A stretch of DNA of 59,567 nucleotides, counting the filler, from Sluysia triapertura (taxonomy: Eukaryota): the NCBI GenBank assembly GCA_046118255.1. It is 4 parts of 4 records of this genome, joined end to end, with 100 filler letters (N's around TTAATTAATTAA, not from the genome) between each part and the next. Parts side by side here need not be neighbours in the genome. Positions count along the whole stretch, not along the records: positions 17,188 to 33,435 come from JBJNIA010207812.1; positions 33,536 to 44,727 come from JBJNIA010187667.1; 2 more parts are not named here. One strand, given 5' to 3'. Position 1 is the first letter of the stretch, and every line of letters starts with the position of its first letter. The position numbers were made by a program, and so were the translations under genes. Below the pieces are notes generated by a model. The model ran no database searches. It saw nothing but the letters and a program-made list of their open reading frames with translations, and had not been told where the DNA came from. Positions 27,301 through 41,309 of the stretch are shown here, piece by piece.

Positions 27301-30300
27301 GTTATTTGTCTTTTTAATGTTTTGAGTTAGATTGTGCTGAAGTTTGTTTAGGATTTTATTAATAAGAAAGTGTTTGCTTGTGTTTGTAACTAGAGCGTTT
27401 TAATTTTGATGTACCGTTGCATGTCAGTTTTTTATATTTTAAAAAGTTTTTCTTTTATTAACTTTAACTTTATCGATTTAGATAACCGATTTAAACGATA
27501 ATACACCAAACTGCGGTGCTAGTCCCACTTTAATTGCAACTCAACCAGAAACATACACAGGTTTATAAAATAATGAATTATTGATTAAATTTTATTAGGT
27601 GCTGTATTTAGTGCAAGTTGTACCGATGCAGATTCTGGAGTAAATGCTCAATTAACCTGTTCGAGTAATAATGCAAAATTTACAAGTACTTTTGCTGCTG
27701 GTGGTTAGTAAAATTAAAAAATACTTATAATAAATTATTGTGTATAGTTTGTACCACATCAATTCCAACAGCAATCGATTATGAATCAATCATACTAAAT
27801 AATGTATTGAATTTTGTAGTCACAGTTTACGACAGTCCTACAAATGCAGCTGATAAAAAATCGACAACTCTGTCATACACAGTAACGGTAAGTTTAATTA
27901 AGTTATTTACAATAATCGTTTAATTTCAGATTACAGATGTATTCGATGTAGCACCTGTATTTACAAGTGCTTCATATTCTTGTTCAATAGTAGAACAAAC
28001 TACAACTGCTTGTACGATGATATCAGTATCAGATGTAGAGACATCACATGTACCAGCTGATGCTATTACGTGTACTTTATTAGGTTTGTGATTTATTATA
28101 TTAAACGTAATTAATATAGGTCCAAATGCAAATGCTTTCGATATTGCATCACCAAGCTGTCAAGTTAGTCCTAAAATACCAGGTATAGATCGAGATGCTA
28201 CTGGAGCAATTTCTGCCTATCCTGACCTAATTGTTAAAGTAAGGATATGAACTATTTCACGAAAAAAATATTCATAATCAATAATAATAATTATTATAAT
28301 TATAATTATAATTATAATCGGGTTAAATATACCAGGCTACAGATAAAAATGGTAACACAGCAACGGCCTCATTGTCAGTAACAATAACAGATATTAACGA
28401 CAATGCTCCAGTATGTAGTTCTGCAACAATCGATGTAACAAAAGATGAAACGTTTACCGGAACTTTAGCTACTGTAACATGTTCTGATAAAGATTACGGA
28501 GTTAATTCTAAAATGACATGTAGTACTGGAGATGCGAGATTTACAATTACATTTACAGATTTAAGTAAGTATTATTTAAAATGATTTTTAAAAATTATCT
28601 GAAATTAAAACTTAATACCGTCAAATTTTAAGCACATTTTATAAATTCTTCGTGAAATGCAATTAAGAGTATTCATTATAATCAATGAAAATATGTAATA
28701 TGTAATTCAAACCAGCAGAAAATCAAGTGATAAAACTTTATATTGATTCTGTTCAGTTAAATTTTACTCAACCTTGTGGAGGTCGCTGCTGATCTAAAAA
28801 ATACAAGCAAATTAATTTTTTAATACTCTTGTTTATATTCGACGTATTTGTTGGTTTCAGTGTAACACGTTGGAGACAACTCTAGATCAAGTTATAATAA
28901 TCACAAGCAAACACTAACACAAATCAACACATCTTACATGAAAAAGTTATTAAGTAACGCACAACATATCAAATCACTACACAATACATACAAAACATAA
29001 GCATAGTCCCAATAATATCATAATTGCTCAAATCTCATATACTATTATTGTTGCAAGATTTTGATTGCTGTTCTTTTTTATATATGTATGGGTGTCTCTA
29101 TGTACATATGTGTAAATCTTATTATTGTTACTATTATTTATCACTTCTGTTATTATTGTTTCTCCACTACTAGCACTTATACTATATTATTGTTATATAG
29201 GTATATTATTTCTGAAATGTAAAGAACATTATCTCCTTTTAAATACCATAAAATAAGTACTCAACATAAATCATACTTTATTCTGAATAATTTATTAAAT
29301 ATTTATTAAATTAAATTATATTTCTGAAACAGAAGAACTTTGTCTTTTTAAATATTTCATAATCTTTTAATAATTTAACATATTTTACAGTATATATTTT
29401 ACATTATTAAAAAATAATTAAAAAGTCAATTAGTACTATCTTATAAAAAATACAATACAAAAAAAGATTGATAATATTAATGAAACACTTGAATTTGTTT
29501 CAAAATTATGCTATAAATTAGTAGGTAGTAATTATTCTTATAATCAAGTATGATATTGGTGGTAAATTTTTACATTTTTATGAATCAGTGTCATTTTTGA
29601 ATAAATGTAATCTAGCAGCAAATTCAATAAATATTGTGTTGTGAAGTTATTTGTAATCCATTAGAAAATTATTATAATAATGATGAATGTGAACTCATTG
29701 TAGAAAAAAGGATTCGTTATTGGAGTTCATTGTGTAAATTTAGTCAAGAAATTCATCAGCAAATTAATCACGTGTTCTAAGTTACGTGTGGTTACAAATA
29801 AACTTTTAAAATCTAAACTTAATTGTCGAATGAATCGAAAATATTCATTAGTTATTTTAACTACAATTGCTATTATATGTTATTATGACTGTTCTGTAAC
29901 TAGTGGCGCATTATTAATACTTTTATTAACTCGATTAGTTTTTATGATTGTTTTTTACAATTTCATTTTAACACAAATGCGACTGTAAAATTCAGTGTAT
30001 TTAGATATTTACGTATTTTTTATTCATTATGTATTTTGACATTATTGTATATAAGAATAGTTTTTCTACTTTTTTACTTTCGATTGACGTAGAGCGATAG
30101 TATGTACAAAAAACAACATATTAACTTATAAAGTCAGCGAGTATTTGTTTTACTCTTTGTTTATTTATAAGTTTAATGTTTTACTTGCAGTCGTTAATTA
30201 GAATTTTTGTCGAAGACCACGGAGTTGTATTTGTGTTGTTAATAATAATTTTATATAGTAATCTTAAATCTTTACGTGCTTTATGTTTACGTAATTTTCT

Positions 30301-33174
30301 TGATTGCGATCACAATTATAATGCTAGAAAATGTTTAATCATTTATTGGGCCATTGAATTTTCAGCCAAAGAAAATAACTCCTAGCCATATGGTGAATTA
30401 CGATTAGGTCAATCATCAACAACGGGTGATTAATGATTTCCAATACAATTTGGATAGTTTAAAGAGTGTTGTTTATTGAAACAAACTTTTTGTTTAATAT
30501 AAAATTTCAGTTTTATTTTGTTTATTTAATGGAATCGTTCAAGATTTTGATATTTTGTTGTATACACGGCAAAATGTAAAGAAAAAGATATATAAAATTA
30601 ATGATTTGTTCAATATAATTTTTAATTCAAATAATAAGTACTTAAAATCTATAAAACCCACGACACATGTGTTATGTAACTTGTATATGAAAGATACACT
30701 CGACCTTCGCAGAGTTAATAATAAATATAATGTTAATAATAAATATAATAATAATAAAAAATGTCATTACACAAAATATTTGTAAACTGCAGTTCGATAC
30801 TCTTATGAAATGAAGTAATTAAAATTCTTTGTTGTTAAAAATATTTTAATTATTTTATAAAATTTATTATTTTAAATCTTAATAAATATTTAAAGTTAAT
30901 TCTACGTTTTTACCTTCACATTACTTGTTAACAATAACATCATTCGATATGCCAGATTAGAATGAATCAAAGAAAATTCAAAATTCGATAATATAAAATG
31001 TTAAAGATTATTTCGATGAATTTGTTCATTTTAATTTAAATATTAAATATACTTCTTTATTTAATTTTTCGGTTTGAAATATTAAGTTTAATTCGTTATT
31101 TTGATAATTATTATCAGATTTTACTTTCATCAGTTATTATTTCTTCCAATTAACAATCAATAATAATAAATTCGTAATACACTATGTAGAATTATTTAAT
31201 TCCACTGTTATTGAATTACAATAAGTTATAATAGCACCATTTGTTCAAAAAATGTTTCTGTTGTATCACTAATAATAGTAATTAATGTTATAATTCTAGA
31301 AAGTTCTACTTTTTACAGTATTTTTCGCTGTTGTTTTATTATGGCTGCTAATTTTTTGAAATTCATCCCATCATAATTAATTTCAATAATAGAGTTAAAA
31401 CTATATAAATAATTCTAATATATGTATTTTTGTAATTATTTATTGATTGGTCACATAATTTATTTATTTATGTATTGGTTTGCATTTGTGTCTGCTAGTA
31501 TTCATTTTTTTTCACTTCTATTTTATTAAAATCATATTTTATCTATTTCCAAATTAAGTAATGTGAATTTTGAATACTACAGATAATATTAGAAATTTAA
31601 ATTTAATTAGAGTTTGAATTTGAAATTAAAAATAATGTAATAAAATTAAATATAAAATGATGACTCACTCTATGTATAATTAAAAAATTTTAGCAGCACA
31701 TAAAATGCAATCGATTGAACAAATTAATTAAATAAACGTAAATGTAAGTTATTTTAAAAATTAAAGATTATTATTATCATTATTATTATTATATTTAATT
31801 ATAGCTTCAACTTGCACAATAGCTTTAAATACAGCAATAGATTATGACACCTTAAATCCAAAACAGCCAATTAAATTCGATCTTATAGTTAACGATTTAT
31901 CTACGAATACCGGAGATAGAAAATCCATAACTATTTCTACTACTGTAACTGTAAGTAAACACATAATTTAATAAATGAATTAATATGTAATACCTTTTTC
32001 TATTAGATAACCGATGCAAATGATAATACTCCAAATTGTGGTGCCAGTCCTACGCTTATTGCAACTAAAGCAGAAACATTTACAGGCGTAGTACTTAGTG
32101 CAAGTTGTACCGATGCAGATTCTGGAGTGAATGCTCAATTAACCTGTTCGAGTAATAATGTAAAATTTACAAGTACTTTTGCTGCTGGTGGTTAGTAAAA
32201 TATTTTAATAAAAATTCAAAAATACTCATAATAAATTATTGTGTTTAGTTTGTACCACATCAATTCCAACAGCAATCGATTATGAATCAATCATACCAAA
32301 TAATGTATTGAATTTTGTAGTCACAGTTTACGATAGTCCTACAAATGCTGCTGATAAAAAATCGACAACTCTGTCATACACAGTAACGGTAAGTTTAATT
32401 AAGTTATTTACAATAATCGTTTAATTTCAGATTACAGATGTATTCGATGTAGCACCTGTATTTACAAGTGCTTCATATTCTTGTTCAATAGTAGAACAAA
32501 CTACAACTGCTTGTACGATGATATCAGTATCAGATGTAGAGACATCACATACACCAGCTGACACTATTACGTGTACTTTATCAGGTTATATTTATTGTCA
32601 AATAAATGTGGTTTAATATTTTTTGCACATATTTCTTTTAATATTATTAATATTTAAATTCCAAATTACCGTGAAATTAACTCTATTAACTTTAGTTCCT
32701 ATTCTATTCACTATTCAATTAATTTTTGTTTAATTTCAATATTCTTGCATACATTAAATATTAAAACAAATTATAATTTCTAGTTATCGAGTTAGATTTA
32801 TTTAATTTTATATTGCAAATAAGAATGTCATCAGAAATTACAAAAATATAAACCAAAGTTCTGAAATATGCAAATGAGTAAAATTTATTATTATTTTATT
32901 GCTCTAAAATTTATATTAAAGAATTTTCTAAAATGTGATTTTTATTTCTTCTTTCATTTAAAAAGGAAAATTTTTGGATAATCTGTAATAAGTACGAAAA
33001 TGTTTTTTTATAATAACATTATTTTAAATGTAAAACATATTTATTTTCATTGTAGGACCAAATGTTAATTTATTTGATATTGCTTCTTCAAGCTGCCAAG
33101 TTAGTCCTAAATCACCTGGAATCGACAGAGATACTGCTGGTGTTTTATCTAGTTATCCAGATCTAATTATAAAA
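18342..33174 (+). CDS. Cadherin-repeat protein, partial (about 10 complete Cys-containing cadherin domains in tandem A-B-C modules; N- and C-termini not found)
   Basis: 23 AG..GT exons read by hand, all phase-compatible (3320 nt): 18342-18481, 19279-19429, 20194-20312, 21420-21654, 21688-21830, 22088-22166, 22220-22324, 22392-22522, 23429-23582, 24451-24566, 24641-24875, 24909-25051, 27482-27560, 27599-27703, 27748-27887, 27930-28083, 28120-28238, 28336-28564, 31805-31950, 32007-32190, 32249-32388, 32431-32584, 33056-33174. Cadherin Ca2+ motifs recur: ITDxNDNxP, CTDxD, IDYD/IDYE/IDRD, ATDxGG. Confidence 0.92.
19546..19980. repeat. Intronic tandem duplication (2 copies of about 200-225 bp)
   Basis: ATAATACAAATGTCTA...ATATATTGAAGTAATAGGCT occurs at 19546-19740 and 19753-19980. 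Confidence 0.85.
23125..23148 (+). mobile_element. Tigger/pogo-like terminal sequence (single end)
   Basis: TA followed by CAGTCGGACCCCGTATAACGCG, a typical pogo/Tigger TIR pattern; partner end not found. Confidence 0.45.
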
Positions 33175-33318
33175 GTAAGAAATTAAATTTTATATGAAAT
33201 TTTGATTCTTTGGTGTAATTTGTAAAACTTTGTATCAGGATTTAAGATTTTAATCAATTATACAAAAATTACAAATAATTACAAATAAATTTTATTGAAC
33301 AAAATGTATCATTTAAAT

Positions 33319-33435
33319 CAGTGGTGTCAAAGTGGCGGCCCGTGTATTTACAAACAACACCAGGATAGGTACACGAATATTCATCCGTTATTTTGACGAT
33401 GATCAAGCTGGATTAATTAAATTTTTAATTCATTT
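33319..33435 (+). mobile_element. hAT (Charlie/Buster-like) end running into a gap
   Basis: CAGTGGTGTCAAAGTGGCGGCCCG resembles hAT-Charlie termini. Confidence 0.5.
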
Positions 33436-33817
33436 NNNNNNNNNNNNNNNNNNNNNNNNNNNNNNNNNNNNNNNNNNNNTTAATTAATTAANNNNNNNNN
33501 NNNNNNNNNNNNNNNNNNNNNNNNNNNNNNNNNNNAAATAATGATTTTAGTTAATGATTTTCAAAATAATAATAATTTAATTATGATTTAAATAAAATAA
33601 AATAATAACAACTTGATCAATTTTCCAGAACGACGATATAAGTCTTAAAATATATTCTTTTGAATAAATTTAATAAAATAGATCCTACGTCTTTTCCTAA
33701 TAAAATATATTCTTTTAATTATTTTATTAAAATTACAAATAATTTGATAAATCCTTTCTGAAATAAAATTCTATAGATTTTATAAATTCCAAATGTTGAT
33801 TGAATTATTAAATCTAA

Positions 33818-33887
33818 TTATTGACTTGATTTTAATAATAATTTATTGACTTGATTTTAATAATAATTTATTGACTTGATTTTAATA
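33818..33887. repeat. 25-bp minisatellite, about 2.8 copies
   Basis: Unit TTATTGACTTGATTTTAATAATAAT. Confidence 0.85.
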
Positions 33888-36800
33888 TATATATATATTG
33901 ATTATTTACGTTTAGACCTTGACTTGATATAGACTTGGTATAGACTTTGATACTTTACCTTTACATTTATTTAAATAAGCAGAAGAACTTGCTAAAGATT
34001 TTTAAGGTGTTCAACAGATAGAACAAGAATAAATTCGGGTTCTAGTTCATGTTGAATAACAAAAATAACAAAGTAGAAATTGTAAAAGAAAACAGGGCGA
34101 TTAAAAAATGTGTTACAAATGAAAAATATATGATTTAATCATTTGGCAAAGTTTGCTTATTGTTTATTTCTAAATTAAATAATAAATGATGATTAAGTTT
34201 TCTTATTTATATAAAATAAACAAATTCGATCTCACTATAGTAAATTGTGATACATAAATTTGTTATACGTAAAAAAAGTACCATAAAAGTTAGTTATCAA
34301 CGATTAATTATATAGTTATTAACATTCTTTCAGTTTGATATTGAATATAACTGATAAAGCTACATTAATTTTTCGAGTTACACCCACTCAACAGTACTTT
34401 TAATAAAGCTATTCAATATTTCAATTCTTCGAATACTTCTTATTTCTCGAATTAAAACTTTTTTGTATTATTTTGAATTTAATGCTTTACTCATACAGAA
34501 GAAAATATTTTAAATCGTCGACGTCGAATAATTGTAAAAGTATAAGTAAAATACATTTTGAATACAGTCTTAATCAATCATTTAATATTTCAATGGACGA
34601 TGCTGTGGTTTGTGTAATGTAATTTTTAGTAAATTATTTTTGGAAAATGCATGTTTTTAGGGTCACCCTATAATATATTTTATGATATATTCTCTGTCAA
34701 AAGTTAAATCACTTGAAGATTATGAAATATTTAAGACAAAGACAAAGTTCCAGGAGACAAATAAATTCCAGGAGTGCATGACTTATTCTATATTAAATTA
34801 ATACAATAAATAAATATAATAAATAAATATAATAAATTAATATAATAAATAAATTAATATTCAAAATAAATTAATATAATAATAATATTAAAGTTGAAAA
34901 TAAGTAACGAAAAAAGTTTACAATTGAAAGTTAGGATGATTGTAAATGCAACTGGTATTATTTAAGAAAAGAACTTCAATATTTATATAACTCAGAATTA
35001 ATTTCTGAAATAGTAATATCGATAGTAAGTGATTCTACACCATTTATAATTTTTATTTATTAGGAAATATTTAAATGCTATAAATTGATAGAAAATGATT
35101 GGGATATTACAAAAAGTTTAAAACGAGTTTATTTCAAAAACAAAACAATTCTGACTATTTAATTTTCGATAAATTTACACATTGATTGAATTTCAAAATC
35201 TTTGTTTGAAATATATATATAAAATATATCATATTTACTATAAGTTGTGCATAATTTAATTGTTTGGATTATCCTTTTCAATGAAAAGATAAAAATCTTT
35301 AAATCTCCATATAAATAATAAGATTGTTATTAATGAAAAACTAAAAAAAAGTAAAATTTTGATATTTTAATGAAATTATTATAAATAAAATATTTAAATC
35401 ATTTTTTTTGTATTTTACTGTTTTGTACAATATAATAAACTTACTTTAAATGTTTTATTTAATTGCATTTTTTGATACATAAGCATACATTATTAATTTA
35501 TATATCATAAATCTTTATTTAAATACTCAAATTTTTCATTGGACAATAAAACAAATGTTACATTTAATTTAAACAAATAATTTTTGAGAAATTTTTCAAA
35601 TTATAAATATTAATTATTATTTCTATTATTAGTAGTAATAATAATAATAATAATAACGTATGTTTTTATTATTACAAAACCAACTTTAAATATTATATGA
35701 ATAGTTCCGGAGGCTGTGTTTATTAAACTATGAAGCAGCAACGAAACGATTTGAAATAGAAATTAATAATAATAATGAAATGACGAATTTTATTTGACTA
35801 AAAAGTAAAATTTCCTAAAATATAAGTAAGTTTAAAAAATTAAATATTTGGAATTAGTAGATATTGAAAATAAATAATGACTTTCTAAAAATTTATTAAC
35901 GTAATAATCCATGAAAACTCATGGATTAACTAAACCTTAATTAATTATAATGTTGATGAAAATATTACTCGATGAAGCTTTCTTTATATGGTCTTTTGTT
36001 TCTTATAAAACCATACATATGATATAATCAATCTTTATAGAGTATTCACATTCATTAAAAGCTTACAGATCATGAAAGAACTGTAGATATATTTTCTGGC
36101 TGAAGTTAATTTCTTCATATAGTTCAATTTCACTCAAGAAAATTATTCGAATATAAAAGATTCCTAATTTACTCCATAATTTTAATTATTGTCATGATTA
36201 TTATTACTAATTGTATTATTATGTTTTACTATTACTGTTAAAGTTTGTAATAAATTAATCAATATTTATCCATTATGTATCTGGTCCTATTTAAATGTTA
36301 TGCTGGTTCTCGATTTTGATTTGGGATTTATTTATTTATGAAATAATATATTTGGCGACGAATATTCTATTTGCATTTCTACATCGAGTAATTTCATATA
36401 TATTTATTTGTAATAATAGTATTAATAGTAATAACAATTTAAATTTCAAAACCATTACTTTGAAATACCTAAAACAAGCAGGAATTATCAGATACTGCTT
36501 GAAGACTCTAAAGTGGATGGTACTAGGCAACTTAAGTGTATGAGAATTTCTTCCCATTTAAGTTCTATACATGAAAATCAAAAATTGTCTTTACCATTAA
36601 ATTATCGGGTCAATAAAATCCAAAGGTATTTATGATTATATATTTGATATTATTTGGTGTCGCATTCAATCCTTTTAAGTCGTAGATTGTGATTACTACT
36701 CGGTCATGTGTAACAAGATTCAAGAATCACGAAAAAATCAATTGTCTAGGATAAACACAAAGGCTTACCAATTTTATAAAAATGTTGAGACGTATACTAG

Positions 36801-38229
36801 ACCATTAATTATGGCCAACAACAAAAACAGAAGACAAATGTTAGGAAATAATGATGAAGATGATGTATCTTAGTAATCAAAAGATACCTCAGAGATTCAG
36901 AAGACTATGGGAATTTGGAGGCTTTAAAACTTTTAAGAATTTATAGAAACTTATGAAATTGCAAAATCACAAGTACATAGTATATACTTGTGAAAATATT
37001 GTTGTTAATAATAACGACAAATTTAATATGCTAATAATTAGCAAAAGGTGAATTAAGATGAAAAGACTGAGTTTCGTGAATGCCTTATCATGTAGAATAA
37101 AAAATGGATTAATTAATTAAAATCTTAAATAATTTAATTATGGAAAATATGTTTTATAACATAACGTTTGAATGCGAAGTTCTGTTAAGATCATGACTAT
37201 ACTTGAATTTGTTTTCAGTAGAGATTTATAGAAATATGATTTACCGACTTCACGAAAGAAAACTTTAATATTGAAGTAAAATATTAAATTTCTTATCGTT
37301 TGAATGATGCAACGAGAATAAATCCGAGTGTGCATGAAAAAAATCTGAAATTGAAGTGGAAATTTATATAAAATGTTTTGTTTGAGAATTAGAGCCTTGA
37401 ATTTTTTATCAAAGATTTATTACGAATAACCGAAAAATGATTTAATTTTATAATGTAGAATTAAAAGCATCATTTAGTAATGAAAGTTTTAATTTGAGAA
37501 GTAGTGAAAATATGTAGATTATTAATAAAATTTTATAGTGTTTACATAACCAAGTCTGACAATTATCACAATTTAATAAGTTCAGAGATGTCAGTGGCGG
37601 TTCAATTTTTAATGGAAGATTAGATTATTTGTATAAAGAATGTTAGGTTACAAAACTGAAGGAAGATGAAAACTTGCAAAAGGAGCTATCATCCAATATC
37701 TCTCAAACTCACATTTAGGAATTACTCTTACACAAATTATCAAAACCTCTTTTAAAGATTAAACCCACTAAAACGACTTTGACATTTACATGGTATGACC
37801 TGACAAGCAAAACATAGCAATTCGATTAACAATCAACTCTTATTTTTTCTACTTTAATCGATTTATTTTTTCATGAATCACTTCTTACATTATTATTATT
37901 ATTAATGTTGACATACTTAAAAATAATGAATTTAACTTTAGTTTTAACAGTCTAATTAATTTTCAATACTCACACTCAATTTTATAATAGAAAATGTTTA
38001 AGGTTCTCATTCCCAAAGAAACCATTTCACAAACATTTCAACCTCATTTTCGGATGCTCCTATTTCATATTAAATTCATTATATTTTCATCATTCTAAAT
38101 ATGAAAATTTTAGCATTTTAAATTAAAAATTTGCTCAATATGAAGGTTTTCCTCGGATGAACTCGATGAAACCTTATGTACAGTTACAATTTTAACATAG
38201 CATTCAAAAGTTATTCACACGAAGGTAAC

Positions 38230-38720
38230 TTTTCTTAATTAAGTTAATTAAGATTTTAATTAATTAATTATTTTAACTTATTTTATTCTGAGATTAAAGG
38301 TTTAGTTATGGTTATAAAGTTTTTAAATACTTTATATGCTACTCATGAGGCTCTTACCTTTAAAGTGGTTTTAAAGTGCTTTTACCTTTACCACTCTAAT
38401 TCCGTTTTCTACTTTTTATTTTAATTATTATTGTATCAAATTTATCTTAAATATTATTAACCATGACTTTAATTCTTGAACATTTAAAGGTTTCAAACAT
38501 TTTACAATGTTACTCGAAGGTCTTCAAAAGACTTCCAAAATTTCAAATGATCTCAAGGTTCAGAAGTTCAAAAGTACCTTCATACTTTAAGACATATTTC
38601 TAAACCTTACTTAAGTTTTCATAAGGTACAAAGTTCTTTGGAAATCCAAGGTGTTCTTCAATTTCAAAATTACAAACATTTATATTTATTATGTTTATAT
38701 TTTCATATTTCAGCTATTTA
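38230..38720 (-). repeat. Dispersed repeat family R3, copy 2
   Basis: Shares CTTAATTAAxTTAATTAAGATTTxAATTAATTAA with 41312 and GGAAxTCCAAGGTxTTCTTCAATTT with 56139. Confidence 0.6.
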
Positions 38721-39139
38721 AATCACTTTTCTTATACATTTTAAATTCTCGAACATTTTAATCTATTATCTATACACAATCATAACCGAAAGCTTCGCAT
38801 TTAAAGATAAAACTTATAATGAAGGTGATGTAAAATTACTAGATTACGATGTTTTGAAAATTGAATATAATAATAAAGTGATTGACAATAGATTTTATGG
38901 AGTTGTTGCTAAAATTAATTTAAGACTTTTGTTCATTGTTAGGTCTCATCATTCTATCTATTAGTATTTAGTTTTTCTATTGGCCGTTTTCCATACTAAA
39001 TGTTCTAGTTTAGAATTAGAATATACCAAATCTATATATATTCTTGACGGTACTATATTTATGCTGTTTTAGTGTTTGACATAAATATTAAGAAACACAA
39101 TCTCTAAAATATTTTAAATTATCCATTGTAATTATCAAC

Positions 39140-39700
39140 CAATCGTAAAATTTAAATAAAATTTTGTACCATATGCTAAGTAAAGAAGGTATCGGATAAT
39201 TCCCAGATGGAGGATTTTCAGATTACATTTACCCGCATTACCAAATTTGAAACTAGGAACTTGTGGAAAATAACGAAGAAAGTTGAATTCAGATAGACTT
39301 TCAGAAATTAAAATGTGAACTAAGTAAAGTGAATTAGGAGTGCTATTCTACAAATAAAGATCCTAGAAAATTAGAAATGAATATAAAAATTAGATAATCT
39401 AAAATAAATTTTGTTATTTAGAGTGAAAGATTTTGCGATTGAAAAAATTTTATAACTTCAATTGATATTATACCGTTGGCGTCTTTGTTTTGTGAATCCA
39501 AATATGATAATTGAAATTGTAGCATTATTAATTATTCATGACAGCGAAATGTTATTTCAAATAATCAGTGGAAAATTCCACCCTTATTAGGCATCATGTC
39601 AGAGAGTGATGATGCTTCAGGAATGCTATGACAAATTAATAAAAAGAGTTTTGTTCCAGTGGAATAAAATTGCAAATTTTAATTCATTGATATATTTAGG
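39140..39700 (+). pseudogene. Possible Ty3/gypsy RT-RNase H relic
   Basis: YHMLSKEGI (compare LGHxISxEGI) near 39167 and SDDASGML*Q...PV (compare TDAS..GAVL.Q...PVAF) near 39605, in the expected order; many stops. Confidence 0.35.
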
Positions 39701-40399
39701 ATTGATTAGAAAATATACATTCCTGAAATTCTAATAAAACTAGTATTAGAAGAGGTAAATGAAGATTATACCAGAAACAGTGTCCATGTTTAACATAATT
39801 AAATAAGAAAAATAAATAGTTATCATCATTTTTTATTTTAAANNNNNNNNNNNNNNNNNNNNNNNNNNNNNNNNNNNNNNNNNNNNNNNNNNNNNNNNNN
39901 NNNNNNNNNNNNNNNNNNNNNNNNNNNNNNNNNNNNNNNNNNNNNNNNNNNNNNNNNNNNNNNNNNNNNNNNNNNNNNNNNNNNNNTTACATAAAATATT
40001 AAAAACGGAAATTTTTATTTGCAACATGGAAACAAAATTCATAATTATAATTTTTTTCTCAGCATAAATTTTCTAAACATATTTCTAAAAATTGGTTTTT
40101 TTCTAACTACTAAAATTATTATTATTATTATCATTATATTATTTTATAATAATAATTATTATTATTATTATTTGAATGCATTGTTTAATTTTTAATTAGA
40201 AATTACTTCTTAATTAATAAGATACTTAATTTTTTTAATTTATTTTTAATCAAGATTACATTTTAAAAATTTATAATTAAAATACCAAAGAAACCAAATT
40301 TACGTTTTACAATTAGTTAATAAGTAATGCTTTTTCTTTAAAATATTCTTTTGTAAATATATTGTAAGAAATTGCTTATTATTTTAAATGAAATCACTA

Positions 40400-40467
<68 letters not shown>
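40400..40467. repeat. (AAT)n microsatellite
   Basis: Perfect trinucleotide run. Confidence 0.95.
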
Positions 40468-40469
<2 letters not shown>

Positions 40470-41309
40470 TTGAATGACAAATTAAATCAAACTGAAATGC
40501 ATAAGGTCTTATTTTGTTTGTAGATATTATCTGAAATAATTCTTTTTCTTGTTCTTATGTGTAAAATAAAATGTAGAAGATCCGTGAGAGAGTAAGAACA
40601 AAGTTAAATGTGTTAAAAGAAATTCCATTTAGTTTTGTGTTTTGAAATGTAAATTTAATGATTTTTGATATTATTAATGATTTTAAATGTTATCAAATTG
40701 TGAACTTAACATGTTTTAATTTTAATGAATTTGACGGAATAAAAAGTGAAATGTTATGAAATGTGGTTTTTACTGTGATGTGTTGAATTTAAAATTTTAA
40801 GTGATAAAGTTGGCCACCATAAGTTTAAGTTGCTACTTGACATGGAAATATAGGTTGAAATTTTTGGGGTTCTTAACATGAAGTCTAAATCGATTGCGAT
40901 TATTGTTTTGCAGTTTTTCGGGTATTTCATGGTTATAATAAGTAAAACATTAAATTCGAATATAAATAAAAATATAAAATATTAACTTAAAATGAAAATT
41001 TTATTACATTCTTTATAATACACAAAATACAAAGTGCTATTGTTTCTTATAAATGTAAAGTTTTATGATTATAAGTTGTGTGCAATAAAAATTTATTATT
41101 CTTTTAAATACATAAAATACAAAATTTTATTATCATGATTTTGACATTTATTCGTGATCACCAACTGCAGAAATAGTATAGCTTACAATTTAGTTTCAGG
41201 GAAACATAGCTAAATTAACCAAAAGGGGATAAAAGTGAAATGTTTATAGGGTTTGAAAGAATTATTAAAATCATATTGCGGCAGTGAATGTAAAAGCTCC
41301 CTATACATG

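Noticed and set aside
25791-30785. Short ORFs rich in I/L/F/N/K/Y inside cadherin introns, and similar ORFs elsewhere
   Set aside because: Composition expected from AT-rich non-coding DNA; no motifs or consistent splice structure.
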